Assembly: GCA_964471415.1 (NCBI GenBank)
Contig: CAYYHF010000002.1
Span: 1 to 36,672 of the forward strand
DNA length: 36,672 bases
Direction of reading: 5' to 3'
Source: an uncultured Clostridia bacterium
Lineage (GTDB): Bacteria; Bacillota; DTU025
The translations under genes and the position numbers were made by a program. Under the pieces are notes generated by a model. It ran no database searches. It worked only from the letters and a program-made list of their open reading frames with translations, and had not been told where the DNA came from. Position 1 is the first letter of the stretch. Every line of letters starts with the position of its first letter. Below are positions 34,300-36,672 of the stretch, in pieces.

Positions 34300-35184
34300 A
34301 TGAATACTTGTGGCGCTCGTTTGCATTCTGAGGAAAGGAAGACGGCGCTCATCGCCCTCTTGCCATCGCTTGTGGTTTTCGCTCTCTTCACTATCTACCC
34401 GATTATCTACTCTCTCTACCTGAGCTTCTTCGACTGCTCGCTGCTGGGAGGCCTGCGGACGTTCGTGGGGTTTGGCAACTACTCCAAGATGTTCGCGAGC
34501 TCCGACTTCAAGGTCGCCATGGCCAATACCGTGAAATACGCAGTGGGCACAGTGCCGATCGGAGCAACGCTGTCCATGCTTGCGGCGGTGTTGCTCAACC
34601 AGAAGATCCGGGGTCGAGGTTTCTACCGAGTGGCTTACTTCATGCCGGTGGTCACTTCCATGGTGGCTGTGGCCATAGTGTGGACGTGGATGTTCGATCC
34701 GTATTACGGCTTGTTCAATGCGATCCTTGAGCGAATCGGCATCAACGGGCCGGCATGGCTTGCGGATCCGCGCTGGTCGCTGCCTGCAGTAATCATTCTG
34801 GGAATATGGAAGAACCTTGGGTACAACATGGTGATCTTTCTAGCGGGTCTGCAGGATGTGCCTATCGAGTATTACGAGAGCGCCGATATCGATGGCGCAA
34901 ACGCGTGGCAGAAATTCCGCTACATGACATTGCCCCTGATGCGCGGATCCATCGGTTTCGTGCTTATCATGAGCACCATCAAGTCGTTTCAGGTGTTTGG
35001 GCAGGTATACGTGATGACAGGCGGCGGGCCGATGAACTCCACTATGGTGCTAGTCTACTACATATACAGAGAGGCGTTCGAGTTCTACAGGAGCGGGTAT
35101 GCCTCGGCTGTGGCCTGGTTCCTGTTCCTGGTCATACTTGTCCTAACGATGCTCCAAAAAACGTTCCTCAAGGCCGAGGACTAG
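34300..35184 (+). CDS. ABC sugar transporter permease (MalF/UgpA-like)
   Basis: Six-TM pattern with an EAA-like loop (ESADIDGANAWQKFRYMTLPLM). The start is ATG 34300, with alternatives upstream. Confidence 0.85.
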   Translation: MNTCGARLHSEERKTALIALLPSLVVFALFTIYPIIYSLYLSFFDCSLLGGLRTFVGFGNYSKMFASSDFKVAMANTVKYAVGTVPIGATLSMLAAVLLNQKIRGRGFYRVAYFMPVVTSMVAVAIVWTWMFDPYYGLFNAILERIGINGPAWLADPRWSLPAVIILGIWKNLGYNMVIFLAGLQDVPIEYYESADIDGANAWQKFRYMTLPLMRGSIGFVLIMSTIKSFQVFGQVYVMTGGGPMNSTMVLVYYIYREAFEFYRSGYASAVAWFLFLVILVLTMLQKTFLKAED

Positions 35185-35205
35185 AGAGGGCGAGGTGCCA
35201 TTGGA

Positions 35206-36096
35206 ATGCGTACAACCGCGAGCATGACCGATAGCAGAGCAATGGACGCCGTTCGCGCCCGGCGCCAACGGGTTATGGCCCAGACCGCCGGCCTTGGGGT
35301 GGTGCATATAGTCCTCATAATCGGCGCCGTATTCATGGTGTTGCCATTTGTGTGGATGCTGCTGACGTCCTTTAAGGATCAGAGCGAGGTGTTCACCTAC
35401 ACCTTTCAGTTGCTGCCGTCTCGGATCAACCTCGATGGTTACAGGGAGGTATGGAACGAGATACCCTTTGGGCGCATGTATCTGAATAGCTTCATCGTGG
35501 CCGCATCGGTCACCATATGTCAGCTGGTTACGAGCGCCCTGGCGGGCTACGCTTTCGCTCGTCTCGATTTCCCCGGCCGCGATGCGGTGTTCATGATCTA
35601 TCTTTCGGCGATGATGATACCTCACCAGGCCACAGTGATTCCGTCTTTCCTTCTGGTGCGCAAGTTCAACATGGTAGATCGATATTCTTCGCTCATACTG
35701 CCCTTTGCGGCCGGGCCGTTCGGCGCTTTCATGCTCCGGCAGTTCTTCATGAGTATGCCGCGGTCTTTGGAGGAAGCGGCGATTATCGATGGCTGTTCCC
35801 GGTTCGGCGTTCTAAAGAACGTAGTCTTGCCTCTGTGCAAACCTGCGATGGTCACCTTAGGGCTATTTCAATTCATGTTTTCATGGAACTCGTTTATGTG
35901 GCCATTGATAGTAACGAACAAGATGTCCATGAGGACTCTCCAAGTCGGTCTGGCACTGCTGCGCGCAGAGATCTCGACCGAGTGGCCTATGCTCATGGCA
36001 GCCACAGTCATGGCAACGGTCCCCATACTCGTAGCCTTCCTGGCTGCACAGAGGCAGTTTATCGAGAGTATAGCTTTCACGGGCCTGAAGTACTGA
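35206..36096 (+). CDS. ABC sugar transporter permease (MalG/UgpE-like)
   Basis: EAA loop EEAAIIDGCSRFGVLKNVVLPLCKP and six TM segments. Confidence 0.9.
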   Translation: MRTTASMTDSRAMDAVRARRQRVMAQTAGLGVVHIVLIIGAVFMVLPFVWMLLTSFKDQSEVFTYTFQLLPSRINLDGYREVWNEIPFGRMYLNSFIVAASVTICQLVTSALAGYAFARLDFPGRDAVFMIYLSAMMIPHQATVIPSFLLVRKFNMVDRYSSLILPFAAGPFGAFMLRQFFMSMPRSLEEAAIIDGCSRFGVLKNVVLPLCKPAMVTLGLFQFMFSWNSFMWPLIVTNKMSMRTLQVGLALLRAEISTEWPMLMAATVMATVPILVAFLAAQRQFIESIAFTGLKY

Positions 36097-36241
36097 GCCC
36101 GAGCGGCAAGTGAAGAGTGCGTGACTTGGCTGAGAAAGGAGGGCGGTGAAGGCAGTATCTGGAGATCCCGGCGCCCGCGGCGTCTGCGGCGCCAAGGGCG
36201 GCGACTTACGCTACGAAAGGAGCTAAACTAGATGAGACGGT

Positions 36242-36672
36242 GCTGTGCGAAACGGTTGGTTGTTTCCTGCTTGGCTGTTGTGACGCTTCTGGCGCTGTGC
36301 GTTGGCTCCATGGCGGCCGCGCCCGCCAAAGTCAAGTTGAGCTACTGGCACTTCCTCGGGGGAGAAATGGGGAAACGTCACGCCAAGTTGATCGCGGAGT
36401 TCAACAAGGCCAATCCCGACATTGAGGTAGAGGCGCTCTATTCGGGCAGTGCTTGGACTATGCGCGATAAGTTGCTGGCTGCGGTCGCCGGCAAGCAACC
36501 CCCGGACGTGTCATTGATCGACCAGTTCTGGGCGGCGCAGCTCGCATCGACTGGCGCCATCATCAAGATGGAGACGCTTATGGACGGGGCGGACGGAATC
36601 GACAAGGCCGACATAAACAAGACCGCGCGCATGACGGCTACTGTCGACGGTGATATGTGGACTATGCCGTAT
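36242..36672 (+). CDS. ABC transporter extracellular solute-binding protein, 3'-truncated by the window end
   Basis: My own translation: MRRCCAKRLVVSCLAVVTLLALCVGSMAAAPAKVKLSYWHFLGGEMGKRHAKLIAEFNKANPDIEVEALYSG... This is a signal peptide followed by a family-1 SBP N-terminus. AAGGAG lies 10 nt upstream. The frame is open to the window edge and is not in the ORF track. Confidence 0.8.

Overview
High-GC bacterial chromosomal window with no rRNA, tRNA or CRISPR array that I could recognise. The organism belongs to an endospore-forming Firmicutes-like lineage, because spoIVB and spo0A are both present. About 33 credible genes fall into seven blocks. (1) 0.5-7.0 kb: spoIVB, a GerE/LuxR-type regulator and spo0A, followed by an actinobacterial-style steA / MctB-like pair and two glycosyltransferases. 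(2) 7.2-11.0 kb: a 2-hydroxyacyl-CoA-dehydratase-like module of two subunits plus a BcrAD/BadFG-type activase, and a small Cys-rich ORF. (3) 11.0-12.4 kb, minus strand: an MBL-fold (ComEC-type) hydrolase plus DUF3006. (4) 12.45-15.5 kb: a roughly 600 nt strongly G-skewed ORF-poor gap, a HEPN/MNT pair, and a long CofE (F420-ligase-fold)-like gene. (5) 15.7-19.6 kb: a sigma-54 enhancer-binding regulator divergent from an aldehyde dehydrogenase that carries a perfect -24/-12 promoter. (6) 19.8-26.5 kb, an accessory-looking stretch: an EAL-HDOD protein, a Zn-ribbon/PH protein, a GNAT gene fused in frame to a decayed transposase, an apparently intact Tn5/IS50-like IS4 element, a roughly 660 nt ORF-free region, and a TraX-like membrane protein. 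(7) 26.6-36.7 kb: trkH/trkA, a membrane-anchored beta-propeller protein, and a SorC-regulated sugar or polyol cluster (Zn-ADH, class II aldolase, two ABC permeases, a partial solute-binding protein). The points most worth a second look are these. A 72-nt noncoding element occurs as an inverted pair, 64/72 identical, at the window edge and inside the ORF-free region next to the IS. trkA has ACG exactly where the start codon should be. The intergenic region at 12.45-13.05 kb is G-rich and G4-prone and holds a mini-ORF plus a hairpin. Firmicute sporulation synteny and actinobacterial division synteny are joined here. The CofE-like gene carries a large internal insertion. I found no clear-cut novel multi-gene system. 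Every functional call is from motif recognition by eye, not from database searches.
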